DNA of 44,476 bases from a bacterium (GTDB lineage: Bacteria; SZUA-79; Acidulodesulfobacterales; Acidulodesulfobacteraceae): the NCBI GenBank assembly GCA_021806125.1, contig JAJZYC010000001.1, forward strand, positions 1 to 44,476. Reading direction: 5' to 3'. The notes under the pieces are model-generated. The model was not told the origin of the DNA and did no database searches. It saw nothing but the letters and a program-made list of their open reading frames with translations. Positions 9,182-19,584 of the stretch are shown piece after piece. How positions within the stretch are numbered: position 1 is the stretch's first letter; every line of letters starts with the position of its first letter. A program made the translations under genes and the position numbers.

Positions 9182-10426
9182 TTATTCGTATCTCAGCGCT
9201 TCGACGGGGTTCATACGCGAGGCTTTATATGCGGGATAAAAGCCGAAAAATATTCCTACGCACAAAGAAAAAACGAGGGAGATTATTATCGGCTCGGTAG
9301 TAACGATAGTTTTAAGGGGGGAAAAAGCCGAAATTGCGCTTGAAATTCCAAAGCCGAGACCTATGCCGAGTATTCCGCCGAAAAGGCTTAATACGGAAGA
9401 TTCTATCAGAAACTGCTTTAGAATATCGGATTTCTTCGCGCCTATCGCCATTCTTATGCCGATTTCTTTGGTTCTCTCGGTAACGGAAACAAGCATTATG
9501 TTCATTATGCCTATGCCCCCTACAAGCAGAGAAACGGCGGCTATGCTTGCTAAAAGTATAGTAAAAGTGTTTGCGCTCGAGTTTGCGGTTGCCGCGAGTT
9601 CGGTAAGATTCCTGACGAAAAAGTCGTCGGGTTTATGAAGAGGTATATGATGCCTTTGTCTTAAAAGCGCCGTAATTTCAGACTCTGCCGTTACCGTATC
9701 TTTATTGGATTTTGCAGATACGGCTATAGCATGCACCCAGGTCGTTCCGGCAATTTTCTCCAGCATCGTAGTTATGGGTATTACCACCGTATCGTCCTGG
9801 TCCTGGCCGAAAGCGTTAAATCCTTTAACGGATAAAAGCCCTATTACAGTGAACGGAACATTATGTATAAGTATTATCCGCCCAATCGGGTTTATGAGTC
9901 CAAAAAGTTCGGTAGCGGCGGTGTTTCCTATGACTGCGACGTTTGCCGCCGACGCTACCTGCTGCGGAGTAAAAAAGGTGCCTTTTACTACGGACCAGGC
10001 TCTTATCACCGTAAATGAAGAGTTAGCCCCGTTAATCAATGTTGACCAGTTGTTTCCCCGCCATATGACCTGCTGAGCCATACCGAGCATTCCCGAATCG
10101 GTTTTTACGGCCGGAAGTTTTCTGATTGCATAAACATCGCTCAGTGTCAGAGTAGGCAGAACGCCGAAACCGCTGTGTATTCCGCCGAGGGAGGATGAAC
10201 CCGGAAGTATTATAAGCAGATTCGACCCCATTGAATTTATAGAGTTTTGTATAGCCCTCGAAGCTCCCTGTCCTATGCTGACCGTTGCTATAACCGAACC
10301 TACGCCTATAATAATTCCCAGTATCGTCAAAAACGACCTTATTTTATTTCTCAACAGAGTCTTATAAGCGGACTCAAGGTCTAAAAGAAATGCAAATTTA
10401 ACCTTATTTTCTTTATTATTATTCAT
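9182..10426 (-). CDS. ABC transporter permease, MacB/FtsX-type
   Basis: 414 aa. N-terminal TM LRNKIRSFLTILGIIIGVGSVI, a large periplasmic domain, and a C-terminal FtsX 3-TM bundle ending PAYKASRMNPVEALRYE. Confidence 0.9.
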   Translation of the reverse strand: MNNNKENKVKFAFLLDLESAYKTLLRNKIRSFLTILGIIIGVGSVIATVSIGQGASRAIQNSINSMGSNLLIILPGSSSLGGIHSGFGVLPTLTLSDVYAIRKLPAVKTDSGMLGMAQQVIWRGNNWSTLINGANSSFTVIRAWSVVKGTFFTPQQVASAANVAVIGNTAATELFGLINPIGRIILIHNVPFTVIGLLSVKGFNAFGQDQDDTVVIPITTMLEKIAGTTWVHAIAVSAKSNKDTVTAESEITALLRQRHHIPLHKPDDFFVRNLTELAATANSSANTFTILLASIAAVSLLVGGIGIMNIMLVSVTERTKEIGIRMAIGAKKSDILKQFLIESSVLSLFGGILGIGLGFGISSAISAFSPLKTIVTTEPIIISLVFSLCVGIFFGFYPAYKASRMNPVEALRYE

Positions 10427-10463
10427 CTTTTCAGAATATTTATGTTCTAAAATGTTTAATTTT

Positions 10464-11183
10464 TTATATGTTTATAACGTCGGAAGATATAATCATTCCG
10501 TCTTTAACCGTAACGAGTCTTCTGCCGTAACCCGCTATATGCCTATCGTGCGTTACCAGAATAATAGTGGCTCCTCTCTCGGCATTTATTTTTCCGAAAA
10601 AATTCATAACGTCCGCCCCCCTCACCGAATCGAGATTGCCGGTCGGCTCATCCGCCATAATTATAGGAGCATTGTTTACTACGGCTCTTGCGATAGCTAC
10701 TCTCTGCTGTTCTCCGCCGGATATCTGGTTAGGGAATTTATTTCCTTTTTCGGAAAGGTCGACGAGTTTTAACGCTTCCATTGCCATTTCCTCGGAATTT
10801 TTAGAATGGAGGCCGGAATAATAAAGCGGCAGCATAACATTTTCGATAATTGACAGCCTCTGTATAAGGTTAAAGCCCTGAAATACGAAGCCTATTTTTT
10901 TATTTCTGATTTCGGCAAGTTCATCCGAGGTTAACCCCGCAACATCTTTACCTTCGAGAAAATAACTTCCCGACGTCGGCTTGTCGAGGCATCCTAATAT
11001 ATTCATCAGGGTGGATTTGCCGGAGCCCGACGCTCCCATTATGGAAACGAATTCTCCATTTTCAATCGTCAGATTAATGCCTTTTAGCACTTCATAGGCA
11101 ATATCCCCGATCCTATAGACCATGCCGATATTTTCAAGTCTTATAAGAGGAACATTGTCCCGAATATCATAGTCGTTTGCCAT
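10464..11183 (-). CDS. ABC transporter ATP-binding protein (MacB/LolD-type)
   Basis: 239 aa. Walker A GASGSGKSTLMN, signature ISGGEQQRVAIARA, Walker B IIMADEPTGNLD. Confidence 0.93.
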   Translation of the reverse strand: MANDYDIRDNVPLIRLENIGMVYRIGDIAYEVLKGINLTIENGEFVSIMGASGSGKSTLMNILGCLDKPTSGSYFLEGKDVAGLTSDELAEIRNKKIGFVFQGFNLIQRLSIIENVMLPLYYSGLHSKNSEEMAMEALKLVDLSEKGNKFPNQISGGEQQRVAIARAVVNNAPIIMADEPTGNLDSVRGADVMNFFGKINAERGATIILVTHDRHIAGYGRRLVTVKDGMIISSDVINI

Positions 11184-11198
11184 ATTATATAATTACCG

Positions 11199-12398
11199 TT
11201 AGAAGAACATTTTTCTTCCCGGCGCGGCCTGCGTTTGCCCGCTGGATATTAACCCGGTTATTACCTCGGTCCCTGCTTTAATATCGTTGGAGATAACCTC
11301 GGTATATTCGTCGTTGTTTATGCCTAATTTTACCATTACGGGTTCGGGCGTTTTGTTTTTTAATATCCATACGACTCCTTCGCCGGCTTTTAATTTTTTA
11401 GATAAATTATCCAAAACTTGTTTATTTTCCCCTGTAGGAATAAATCTTAAAGCCGAATTAGGCACGCCGAGGACGCCTTCTTTTTTTGAAACGTAAATTT
11501 TAGCGATTGCCGTCATACCCGGAAGTACCAAGCCGTTCTTGTTGTCGAAAAATATAGTGACGTTGTAGCTTACTACCCCTGAAACGGTTGTGGGATTAAT
11601 CCTGACGTTATGGACATATCCCTGGATAGTCTTATCAGGGTAAGCATATACTGTAAAAGATGCTTTATCCCCCTTTTTTATCCCGCCGAGGTCGGCTTCG
11701 TTGGTAGTAGTATCTATTTCCATTTTCGTAATATCTTCTCCTACGGTAAAAAGGCTCGGGGTCTGAAAAGTAGAGGCTACGGTCTGTCCGACTACTACGC
11801 TTACGTTTATTATTATGCCGTTAACCGGCGAATATATCTTTGTGTAGGAAAGGTTTGTTTCGTCTTGTGCCAACTGCGCCGTTGCAGCGTTTACCGCATC
11901 GGTTAGATATTTAAGCTGTGCAATATCCTGAAGATAGACGCTGTAAGCGTTCTGTTCCGTCTGATGGGCTATAAGGTTTTCTTTCCATAATTTTTTGTCT
12001 CTGATATATGTTAGTTTATCATAGGCTAAAATCGCTTTCTGCTTTAAAACGCTTGCCCTTGCCGATTCGAGGTTGGCTTTATCCTGGTTAACCTTCTGGA
12101 TAAACGGAGTAGGGTCTATTTCTGCAAGAAGCTGACCCTTTTTTACTATCGAATTATACCATACGTAAAGTTTAGTGAATATTCCCGATACTTGCGCTCC
12201 TACGTTTATAGTGTTAATAGGGTTTGCGGTTCCTGTAGTGGCTATATATTTCTGTATAGTAATGGGTTTTACGGCATATAATTCGTAAGACGGTTTTTTA
12301 GTTCTTGTTCTTATTATGAAGTAAGAAGCGGCCGATATTAAAATTAATACTGCAAAGGCCGTTACGATTATTTTTTTATTTTTCCACATTTTTTCCAC
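11199..12398 (-). CDS. Efflux periplasmic adaptor (HlyD/MacA membrane-fusion family)
   Basis: 399 aa. N-terminal TM anchor, a lipoyl-like GQLLAEIDP motif, a coiled-coil hairpin region, and a position between the TolC and ABC genes. Confidence 0.85.
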   Translation of the reverse strand: MEKMWKNKKIIVTAFAVLILISAASYFIIRTRTKKPSYELYAVKPITIQKYIATTGTANPINTINVGAQVSGIFTKLYVWYNSIVKKGQLLAEIDPTPFIQKVNQDKANLESARASVLKQKAILAYDKLTYIRDKKLWKENLIAHQTEQNAYSVYLQDIAQLKYLTDAVNAATAQLAQDETNLSYTKIYSPVNGIIINVSVVVGQTVASTFQTPSLFTVGEDITKMEIDTTTNEADLGGIKKGDKASFTVYAYPDKTIQGYVHNVRINPTTVSGVVSYNVTIFFDNKNGLVLPGMTAIAKIYVSKKEGVLGVPNSALRFIPTGENKQVLDNLSKKLKAGEGVVWILKNKTPEPVMVKLGINNDEYTEVISNDIKAGTEVITGLISSGQTQAAPGRKMFF

Positions 12399-12441
12399 CT
12401 TATTCTTGTCATTCCTGCTCAGGCAGGAATCCAGTTCTTTA

Positions 12442-13857
12442 TTATTTTATATAATGTTCTACCGTTAAACCGAGGTCGGAATAAAGCTTAGCTTTCAGAT
12501 AAAAATAAGTATATTCGCTGTTTATGTAGCTTGTTACGGATGAAATATACTGAGCATTTGCTGCTACCAGCTGAACCATAGACCCGACTCCCACCTCATA
12601 GCTTTTTAGAGCCAGCGTGTAGGCAAGTTTTGAAGCATTTTTGGAAGATTTAAGAGCCTGAACCGTTAAATACTGATTATTGAGGGCGTAATAATCGCTT
12701 GATATGCTATAGATAAGATTATTTTCCGTCAGTTTTTCATTCCAGATGCTGCCGTTTAATACGGCTTTAGAATAATCTATCTGATTTTGCGTCAAAAAAC
12801 CGTTAAAAATAGGTATTGAGACAGACAGCCCAGCCGAATAATTTCTATTCAAAGGAAATGAAGAATTTTGTCCGGTATATGAAAAATCGGCGTTAAAAGC
12901 AGGGAAGTATCCGCTCGCCGCTTTTTTAACCGAAGCCTTTGACGCTTTTACCGCGTAAACCGCTTGCTTTAACTGAGGATTGTATTTTAAAGCCGTTTTC
13001 ATAAGCTTTTGAAGTTTGCTGTTAAACGGCTTAAATTTGAGCGTATTTATGAAGCGGTATTTTTTCGAAGAAGAAAGCCCTATGGAATTTAAAAGAGCGA
13101 GCCTTGCAATTTTTACGTTGAATACCGAATTTATATAAGCCGCTTTTGCCGTTTCCATTGTTGCTTTTGCCGTCTCCGCGTCTAAAAGGTCGCCGGTTCC
13201 GACTTTGTAAAACGCCTCAGCCGCTTTATACTGGATTTCGTCATTTTTAAAGTTTTCTTTATCCGTTTTCATCAGTTCCTTATCTGCGAAATATTCGGCA
13301 AAATTGAGGATTACGTTATAAAGGTCGCTGTTGACGGCATAACTGTAACCCGCATTTGCCCCTTTCATCTGGTATTTTGCGTTAAGATAGTTGTAATAGC
13401 GCGAACCGAAAGAATAAAGCATATATGTTGCGTTTAAAGTTGCCGAATAATTGTTTAAAGAGTAGTTTATTCCAGGTTCGTTATAAATCTGCCCCCCCGA
13501 AATTAAGCCGTTATTGCTTACTTCCATAAAAGAATTCCTTGAAAATCCCGCGGTTCCGGAAATTTGAGGGTAGTATTGGGAAAGTGTTTGATTTTTAGTA
13601 TAAGCCGATGATATATAGGAGTATTTGGATGTCAATATCCCCGGATAAAGTTTAAGGGCAAGCCTCAAGGCGTCTTTTAAGGTTACGGTTTGGACTGAGA
13701 CGTAGGAAATTGCTCCGCCGGTTCCGGCGCTTTTTGTCTCTTTTTCCGCAAAAGAGGGGTCGTTCGGCGCGGCAATTAATAATATGGAAACAGTCAGGCA
13801 AAGCGCCGCCGCCGCAAGATAATTAAATTTATTTTTTCTTCCGAAGTTTTTTTTCAT
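12442..13857 (-). CDS. TolC-family outer membrane efflux protein
   Basis: 471 aa. Signal peptide, two-fold repeat architecture rich in A/L/Y/N, first gene of the efflux operon. Confidence 0.82.
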   Translation of the reverse strand: MKKNFGRKNKFNYLAAAALCLTVSILLIAAPNDPSFAEKETKSAGTGGAISYVSVQTVTLKDALRLALKLYPGILTSKYSYISSAYTKNQTLSQYYPQISGTAGFSRNSFMEVSNNGLISGGQIYNEPGINYSLNNYSATLNATYMLYSFGSRYYNYLNAKYQMKGANAGYSYAVNSDLYNVILNFAEYFADKELMKTDKENFKNDEIQYKAAEAFYKVGTGDLLDAETAKATMETAKAAYINSVFNVKIARLALLNSIGLSSSKKYRFINTLKFKPFNSKLQKLMKTALKYNPQLKQAVYAVKASKASVKKAASGYFPAFNADFSYTGQNSSFPLNRNYSAGLSVSIPIFNGFLTQNQIDYSKAVLNGSIWNEKLTENNLIYSISSDYYALNNQYLTVQALKSSKNASKLAYTLALKSYEVGVGSMVQLVAANAQYISSVTSYINSEYTYFYLKAKLYSDLGLTVEHYIK

Positions 13858-14017
13858 TTTTTTCTGGCTTTAACCGCCGTTTTATATTATATTATACATT
13901 ATAATCATAAACCATTATAAAGTCTTATTGTTAATAAAATATAAATATAAATATAATGACTTTAAAGTCATTTGTCAATATAAAAAACATTAAAATAAAC
14001 CCTTCGTAATAAAATAA

Positions 14018-15355
14018 ATGCCCTTCAGTTTTAATCTCATAAGCTTAGGATGTCCGAAAAATCAGGTGGATTCGGAAGCGATGTTCACGCGCCTTGAAAA
14101 ATCGGATATAAAATTTACTTCCGATATAGACAACTGCGATATCTGCCTTATTAATACCTGCGGGTTTATCGAGGCGGCAAGGAAAGAATCCATAGGCGTG
14201 ATTATGGAAGCCGTCGGTAAAAAACAGGCTGGAAAAATAAAATATATAGCGGTTGCGGGATGCATGGTAAATAACAATCTTAACGCGCTTAAAGAGGAAC
14301 TGCCCGAAGTAGATTTATTCCTGCCTACTTTCGATGAAGAAAAAATAGTAGAAGAACTTGCCGCAATAGCCGGCAAAGAAATAGCGCGCGGAAATCTTAA
14401 TCTGCAAACTTTAGAAAAATGTGAAAGGGAGCATTTTAATTTAAAAAGAACCGCATATCTTAAAATATCCGAAGGCTGCGGCAGAGCTTGCTCTTTTTGC
14501 ACTATCCCTTCGATAAGGGGAGTTTACAGGTCTAAGCCTATAGAAGAAATTAAGAACGAAGCCTTATATTTAGCCTCAGCAGGCGTTAAAGAGCTTATAA
14601 TAATTTCCCAGGACACTTCGTATTACGGAATAGATTTAAACATAAAAAACGGGTTATACCGGCTTTTAAGGGAGCTTGCCGCAATAAAAGAAATAAAATG
14701 GATAAGGCTTATGTATTTATATCCTATGAAAACGTTATTTACGGACGATTTAATAAGTCTCATAAAAGACGAAGAAAAAATCCTGAAGTATATCGATATG
14801 CCCGTCCAGCATATTAACGACCGAATCCTGAAACTTATGAAGCGGGGAAATACGAAAAAAGATATTATAAACCTTATCGAAAAATTAAAAAAAGAAATTC
14901 CGGGCTCCGCATTGAGGACTTCTCTTATAGCCGGTTTTCCAGGCGAAACGGATGAAAATTTCAAAGAACTTATAGCTTTTATAGAAGAAACCGAATTCGA
15001 CAATCTCGGAGTCTTTAAATATTCCGACGAAAGAGCGGCCGCTTCTTATAGATACGGTTCAAAAGTAAATGCAAAGACAAAATCCGAAAGGTATAAAATT
15101 TTAATGGAAACCCAAAAAACCATTATCCCGCGCATATTATCCCGCCATATAGGGCGGACGTATGAAGCGATAATCGACGAAACAAACAATAAGACCGCAA
15201 GGCTTAGGACTTATTTTCAGGCACCCGATATAGACGGATGCGTTTATATGTATGCAAACGATTTAAAAAATAATTTAAGAAATAAATCCGATGAAGGTTT
15301 TATGTCCGTTAAGATATTAAAAACAAGGGATTACGATTTATTAGGCGCACCGTAA
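14018..15355 (+). CDS. rimO: Ribosomal protein S12 methylthiotransferase RimO
   Basis: 445 aa. LISLGCPKNQVDSE N-domain, radical-SAM ISEGCGRACSFCTIP, C-terminal TRAM-like region. Confidence 0.9.
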   Translation: MPFSFNLISLGCPKNQVDSEAMFTRLEKSDIKFTSDIDNCDICLINTCGFIEAARKESIGVIMEAVGKKQAGKIKYIAVAGCMVNNNLNALKEELPEVDLFLPTFDEEKIVEELAAIAGKEIARGNLNLQTLEKCEREHFNLKRTAYLKISEGCGRACSFCTIPSIRGVYRSKPIEEIKNEALYLASAGVKELIIISQDTSYYGIDLNIKNGLYRLLRELAAIKEIKWIRLMYLYPMKTLFTDDLISLIKDEEKILKYIDMPVQHINDRILKLMKRGNTKKDIINLIEKLKKEIPGSALRTSLIAGFPGETDENFKELIAFIEETEFDNLGVFKYSDERAAASYRYGSKVNAKTKSERYKILMETQKTIIPRILSRHIGRTYEAIIDETNNKTARLRTYFQAPDIDGCVYMYANDLKNNLRNKSDEGFMSVKILKTRDYDLLGAP

Positions 15356-15383
15356 AAACAATTAATTTGCGGCTTAAAATTTC

Positions 15384-15412
15384 TTGACTTAAAACTATGA
15401 ATAAATTATAAT
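15384..15412 (+). promoter_or_regulatory. Sigma-70-type promoter upstream of hdrC
   Basis: TTGACT (15384-15389), 17-nt spacer, TATAAT (15407-15412), about 90 nt upstream of the hdrC ATG. Confidence 0.5.
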
Positions 15413-15504
15413 AAAAAGACGTATTTTGAAATTAATAAAAATTCATAAAAATATATATATAGATAATTAGATAATTAAATTTAAACTAATTCCGGTATAA
15501 CAAT

Positions 15505-16053
15505 ATGAAAACTGTCATAAACGAACAAAACAGGCGGAATTTTGCCGCGCAAGTCGAATCTATGCTTCACGACAAGCTGGCTAAATGCTATCAGTGCGGT
15601 AAATGTTCGGCGGGATGTCCAGTCAACTTCGAGATGGATTATACGCCAAACCAGATTATAAAAATGACGGAACTCGGAATGGAAGACAAAGTGTTGAGTT
15701 CCAAAACAATATGGCTGTGCGTCTCCTGCAATACTTGTTCCACGCGTTGCCCCAAGGGATTCGAGGTTACGGGAATTATGGACGTTCTAAGAGAAATAGC
15801 GGAGAAAAAAGGTATTGTGTCGAAAGTCGAAAAAGAAGTCCAGATGTTTCATGAAGTATTTCTCGACAACGTCAAGTCGAACGGCAGAATATTCGAGCTT
15901 GAGCTTGTAGGCAAATACAAGTTAAAGACGCGGCATCTGTTCAGAGATATGTTTTTGGCCCCTAAAATGCTTGAAAAGGGCAAACTTAAAATGCATGGAG
16001 AAAAAATAGCCGGCTTAAATCAAATTGCTAAAATTTTTAAGGATTTTGAGTAA
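15505..16053 (+). CDS. hdrC: Heterodisulfide reductase subunit C-like (2x[4Fe-4S])
   Basis: 182 aa. CYQCGKCSAGCP and CVSCNTCSTRCP ferredoxin-like motifs, immediately upstream of hdrB. Confidence 0.88.
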   Translation: MKTVINEQNRRNFAAQVESMLHDKLAKCYQCGKCSAGCPVNFEMDYTPNQIIKMTELGMEDKVLSSKTIWLCVSCNTCSTRCPKGFEVTGIMDVLREIAEKKGIVSKVEKEVQMFHEVFLDNVKSNGRIFELELVGKYKLKTRHLFRDMFLAPKMLEKGKLKMHGEKIAGLNQIAKIFKDFE

Positions 16054-16084
16054 AAATTAAAATTATCTGGAGAAACCATAATAT

Positions 16085-16969
16085 ATGAAATTAGCATATT
16101 ACCCCGGATGTTCGCTTAAAGGAACGTCGTTCGAATATGAAGTATCTTTATTAAAGATACTCGAGGTTCTAAACATGGAGATAAAGGAAATACCGGACTG
16201 GAACTGTTGCGGAGCTTCCGCTGCACACAGCATAAATCATAATTTGTCCGTTGCTCTCCCCGCAAGGAATCTTGCGATAGCTGAAAAAGACGGATACGAA
16301 TCCGTTCTTGCGCCGTGCGCGGCTTGTTCAAACAGGCTTAAAAACGCCGATTACGAATTAAAAAACGACGATATTCTTAAAAAGAAAATAACGGATTCTT
16401 TAGAAATGCCTTATAATGCCGAAATGAGCATTAACAATATGCTAGAATTTCTTATCGGCGTAGTAGGGAAAGATAAAATAAAATCTATGGTTAAAAAGCC
16501 TTTATCCGGAATTAAGGTTGCCTCGTATTACGGATGCCTGTTAGTAAGGCCTCCCAAAGTTATGCAGTTCGACGACCCCGAAAATCCGGTTACTATGGAT
16601 GAATTGGTTGCGCTTACGGGAGCAGAACCCGTGGATTATTCTTTTAAAACGGAATGTTGCGGGGCGATTAATTCCCTTTCCAAACCGGACGTGGTCATGG
16701 CTTTAACCGGAAACATATTGTACGATATTAAAAAAAACGGAGCAGACCTTGTCGTAGTAGCATGCCCGCTCTGCCATTCCAATTTAGACGTGAGGCAGAG
16801 GGAAATAGAAAGAAAATATGATGAAAAACTTGGGTTGCCCGTTCTTTTTATAACGGAGCTGTTAGGCCTTTCTTTTGGAATAGACCCCAAAGACCTTGCA
16901 ATAGACGGACATATGGTCGCCGCCGACAGGGTTTTAAAAAAGATAAAAGAGTTAACTAACCAACAATAG
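16085..16969 (+). CDS. hdrB: Heterodisulfide reductase subunit B-like (two CCG domains)
   Basis: 294 aa. YYPGCSL, NCCGASAAH, PCAACSNRL, YYGCLL, ECCGA and ACPLCHSNLD are duplicated CCG-domain cysteine patterns. Confidence 0.9.
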   Translation: MKLAYYPGCSLKGTSFEYEVSLLKILEVLNMEIKEIPDWNCCGASAAHSINHNLSVALPARNLAIAEKDGYESVLAPCAACSNRLKNADYELKNDDILKKKITDSLEMPYNAEMSINNMLEFLIGVVGKDKIKSMVKKPLSGIKVASYYGCLLVRPPKVMQFDDPENPVTMDELVALTGAEPVDYSFKTECCGAINSLSKPDVVMALTGNILYDIKKNGADLVVVACPLCHSNLDVRQREIERKYDEKLGLPVLFITELLGLSFGIDPKDLAIDGHMVAADRVLKKIKELTNQQ

Positions 16970-17078
16970 ATTAAGATATAACTAAAAATTTGTCATTGTT
17001 AGCATAGCGAAACAATCTTGTTGTACGTAGTACGTAAGCAATTAAAATCAAAATAGAGCGATATACGAGGTATATATT

Positions 17079-19061
17079 ATGGCAAGAATAGGCGTATTTG
17101 TTTGCTGGTGCGGTTCCAACATAGCCGGAACGGTCGATGTCGAGAAGGTCAGAGAAGAAGCAGCTAAAATTCCGGGAGTGGTCAGTGCGTTAGATTACAA
17201 ATACATGTGTTCCGACCCCGGCCAGAACAGTTTGAGAAATATAATAAAAGAGAAGAATTTGACGGGCATCGTTCTTGCGGCCTGCTCGCCACATATGCAC
17301 GAAAATACATTCAGAAAGGCTGCCGCAAAGGAAGGTTTAAATCCTTATTTCGTCGAGATAGCCAATATAAGGGAACAGGTTTCGTGGGTTCACGAAGACA
17401 AAGAAAGGGCAACCGCAAAAGCCGTAGATTTGATGAAAATGATGGTCGAGAAGGTTAAAAGAGACAGGCCTATCGAAGACGTCAGAGTTCCTTTAAATAA
17501 AAAAGCTTTAGTTATCGGCGGCGGAATTTCCGGGATACAAGCGGCTCTCGATATCGCCAACGGCGGAGTGGAGGTTCTGCTTGTCGAAAAAGAACCTTCG
17601 ATAGGCGGAAGAATGATACAGCTTGACGAAACCTTCCCCACCCTTGACTGTTCAAGCTGTATAATGACTCCTAAAATGGTAGAAGCAAACCAGCACCCGA
17701 ATATAAAATTATATACATATTCGGAGGTTGAAGATATTTCCGGATATATTGGGAATTTTAAGATAAAAATAAAGAAAAAGGCGAGAAGCGTAGTCGAAAA
17801 AGACTGCACCGGATGCGGCGAATGCTGGAATGCCTGTCCGATGCATAAAAACGTCAAAAGCGAATTTAACGTAAACCTTTCCGAAAGGACTGCTATATAC
17901 GTTCCGTTTCCTCAGGCGGTCCCGCTTGTTCCGGTGCTTGACCGTTCCGTCTGCCTTCATTATAAAAAAGGCGGTAAATGCCAGAAATGCTTCGATGCTT
18001 GCGGACCTAAGTGTATAGATTTCAGCCTTCAGGATGAAATTATAGAAGAAACGGTAGGCGCAATAGTCGCCTCGACGGGATACGACCTTATGGATACTTC
18101 TATGTACGGCGAATACGGTTACGGAAAATATAAAGACGTAATATCGGGTTTGCAGTTTGAAAGGCTTCTATCAGCTTCGGGTCCCACCGAAGGCGTTATT
18201 AAAAGGCCTTCCGACGGAAAAACGCCGCAAACTATTGTTTTCGTTCAGTGCGTAGGTTCGAGAGATCCGGAAAAAGGCGTCCCCTATTGTTCAAAAGTGT
18301 GCTGTATGTACACGGCAAAACATGCTAAATTATTTGCCCACAAGGTTCACGGTTCCCAGAGTTATGTTTTCTATATCGATATAAGGTCAACAAGCAAGGG
18401 GTACGAAGAGTTCGTCAGGGGCACTATGGAACAGGACGGCGCAATTTATTTGAGAGGCAGGGTATCTAAAATATATGAGGACGAAGGAAAACTTATCGTT
18501 AAAGGCGCGGACACCCTTTCGGGAAATCAGGTAGAGATAGCCGCCGATATGGTCGTTCTTGCTACCGGCGTAATACCGAAAAAAGGTTCCGACAAACTTG
18601 CCCAGATGCTTGGGATTTCGTATGATAAATACGGGTTTTTCACGGAATCGCATCCTAAGCTTCGTCCGGCGGAGTCTTCTACTGCCGGTATTTTTCTTGC
18701 CGGAATGGCGCAGGGACCAAGGGATATTCCAGAATCCGTCGTTTCAGGTTCTGCGGCCGCATCTAAAATATTAGGGCTTTTTTCGAAGAACGAATACGAG
18801 GTCGAAGGAACCATAGCGAACGTCAACGAAGCGACTTGCGTTGCATGTTTTTACTGTCAGAGAGTATGCGCTTACAATGCTATAAGCAAAAAAGAAATTA
18901 AAGACAGGAGCGGAAAACTCATAAAGGTAGTAGCAAACGTTAATCCGGGGCTTTGCACCGGATGCGGGGCATGCGTAAATGCCTGTTTCTCTAAGTCTAT
19001 CGACGTTAAAGGGTTTATGGATGACCAGATATATGCCGAAATTAAGGCTTTAGCGGTATAA
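17079..19061 (+). CDS. hdrA: Heterodisulfide reductase subunit A-like flavoprotein (FAD, multiple Fe-S)
   Basis: 660 aa. N-terminal GVFVCWCGSNIAG, dinucleotide fold ALVIGGGISGIQAA, ferredoxin motifs CTGCGECWNACP and CTGCGACVNAC. Confidence 0.92.
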   Translation: MARIGVFVCWCGSNIAGTVDVEKVREEAAKIPGVVSALDYKYMCSDPGQNSLRNIIKEKNLTGIVLAACSPHMHENTFRKAAAKEGLNPYFVEIANIREQVSWVHEDKERATAKAVDLMKMMVEKVKRDRPIEDVRVPLNKKALVIGGGISGIQAALDIANGGVEVLLVEKEPSIGGRMIQLDETFPTLDCSSCIMTPKMVEANQHPNIKLYTYSEVEDISGYIGNFKIKIKKKARSVVEKDCTGCGECWNACPMHKNVKSEFNVNLSERTAIYVPFPQAVPLVPVLDRSVCLHYKKGGKCQKCFDACGPKCIDFSLQDEIIEETVGAIVASTGYDLMDTSMYGEYGYGKYKDVISGLQFERLLSASGPTEGVIKRPSDGKTPQTIVFVQCVGSRDPEKGVPYCSKVCCMYTAKHAKLFAHKVHGSQSYVFYIDIRSTSKGYEEFVRGTMEQDGAIYLRGRVSKIYEDEGKLIVKGADTLSGNQVEIAADMVVLATGVIPKKGSDKLAQMLGISYDKYGFFTESHPKLRPAESSTAGIFLAGMAQGPRDIPESVVSGSAAASKILGLFSKNEYEVEGTIANVNEATCVACFYCQRVCAYNAISKKEIKDRSGKLIKVVANVNPGLCTGCGACVNACFSKSIDVKGFMDDQIYAEIKALAV

Positions 19062-19094
19062 AAAATACTAAACAAAATAAGGAGTTTTTCGGAA

Positions 19095-19571
19095 ATGGAA
19101 GATAAAGATGTAAGAAAGGAAAACCATACCGATTCAAAAATTGCAGGGGACGGCTCCGCAGACCCCAGAATAATAGCCTTTGTCTGCAACTGGTGTACTT
19201 ACAGCGGAGCAGACCTTGCGGGAACAAGCAGAATGAAGTATTCCGACAACGTCAGGGTTATAAAGCTTCCATGCACCGGAAGGATAGACCCTCTTTTTAT
19301 AGTCGAAGCGTTTAAAAAAGGGGCAAAAGGAGTTCTGGTTTCTGGATGCCACCCGGGAGACTGCCATTATACGAGCGGCAATTATCATTCAAGAAGAAAA
19401 TATGCGACTTTCAGGGATTTGCTCGGATATCTCGGGGTAGATTTAGACAGGGTCGAGTTTTCATGGGTAAGCGCTTCCGAGGGAAACAAATGGGTTTCTA
19501 TAATAAACGAATTTACCGATAAAATTAAATCCCTGCCCGGTAAATCAACCGATATATTTACAAAAAAATAA
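19095..19571 (+). CDS. mvhD: MvhD-like protein (methyl-viologen-reducing hydrogenase delta subunit family; FlxD position)
   Basis: 158 aa. IAFVCNWCTYSGADLAG..KLPCTGRIDP..SGCHPGDCHY, the characteristic MvhD cysteine pattern. Confidence 0.88.
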   Translation: MEDKDVRKENHTDSKIAGDGSADPRIIAFVCNWCTYSGADLAGTSRMKYSDNVRVIKLPCTGRIDPLFIVEAFKKGAKGVLVSGCHPGDCHYTSGNYHSRRKYATFRDLLGYLGVDLDRVEFSWVSASEGNKWVSIINEFTDKIKSLPGKSTDIFTKK

Positions 19572-19584
19572 AGGATATATATTT

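Noticed and set aside
13930-13980. Short AT-rich tandem repeats (ATAAAT/ATATAA runs), here and in other intergenic regions, as candidate CRISPR or minisatellite structure
   Set aside because: There are only 2-4 copies of 6-nt units and no spacer-repeat periodicity. This fits generic AT-rich promoter DNA. No CRISPR-like array, IS inverted repeats or integrase/transposase genes occur anywhere in the window.
16970-17078. 109-nt hdrB-hdrA spacer with small palindromes (ATTGTT..AACAAT; TACGTA-G-TACGTA)
   Set aside because: The stems are short (6 bp), AT-rich or sterically impossible as hairpins. No T-run, promoter or known motif is present. It could be a minor processing or stability element, but the evidence is too weak to call.
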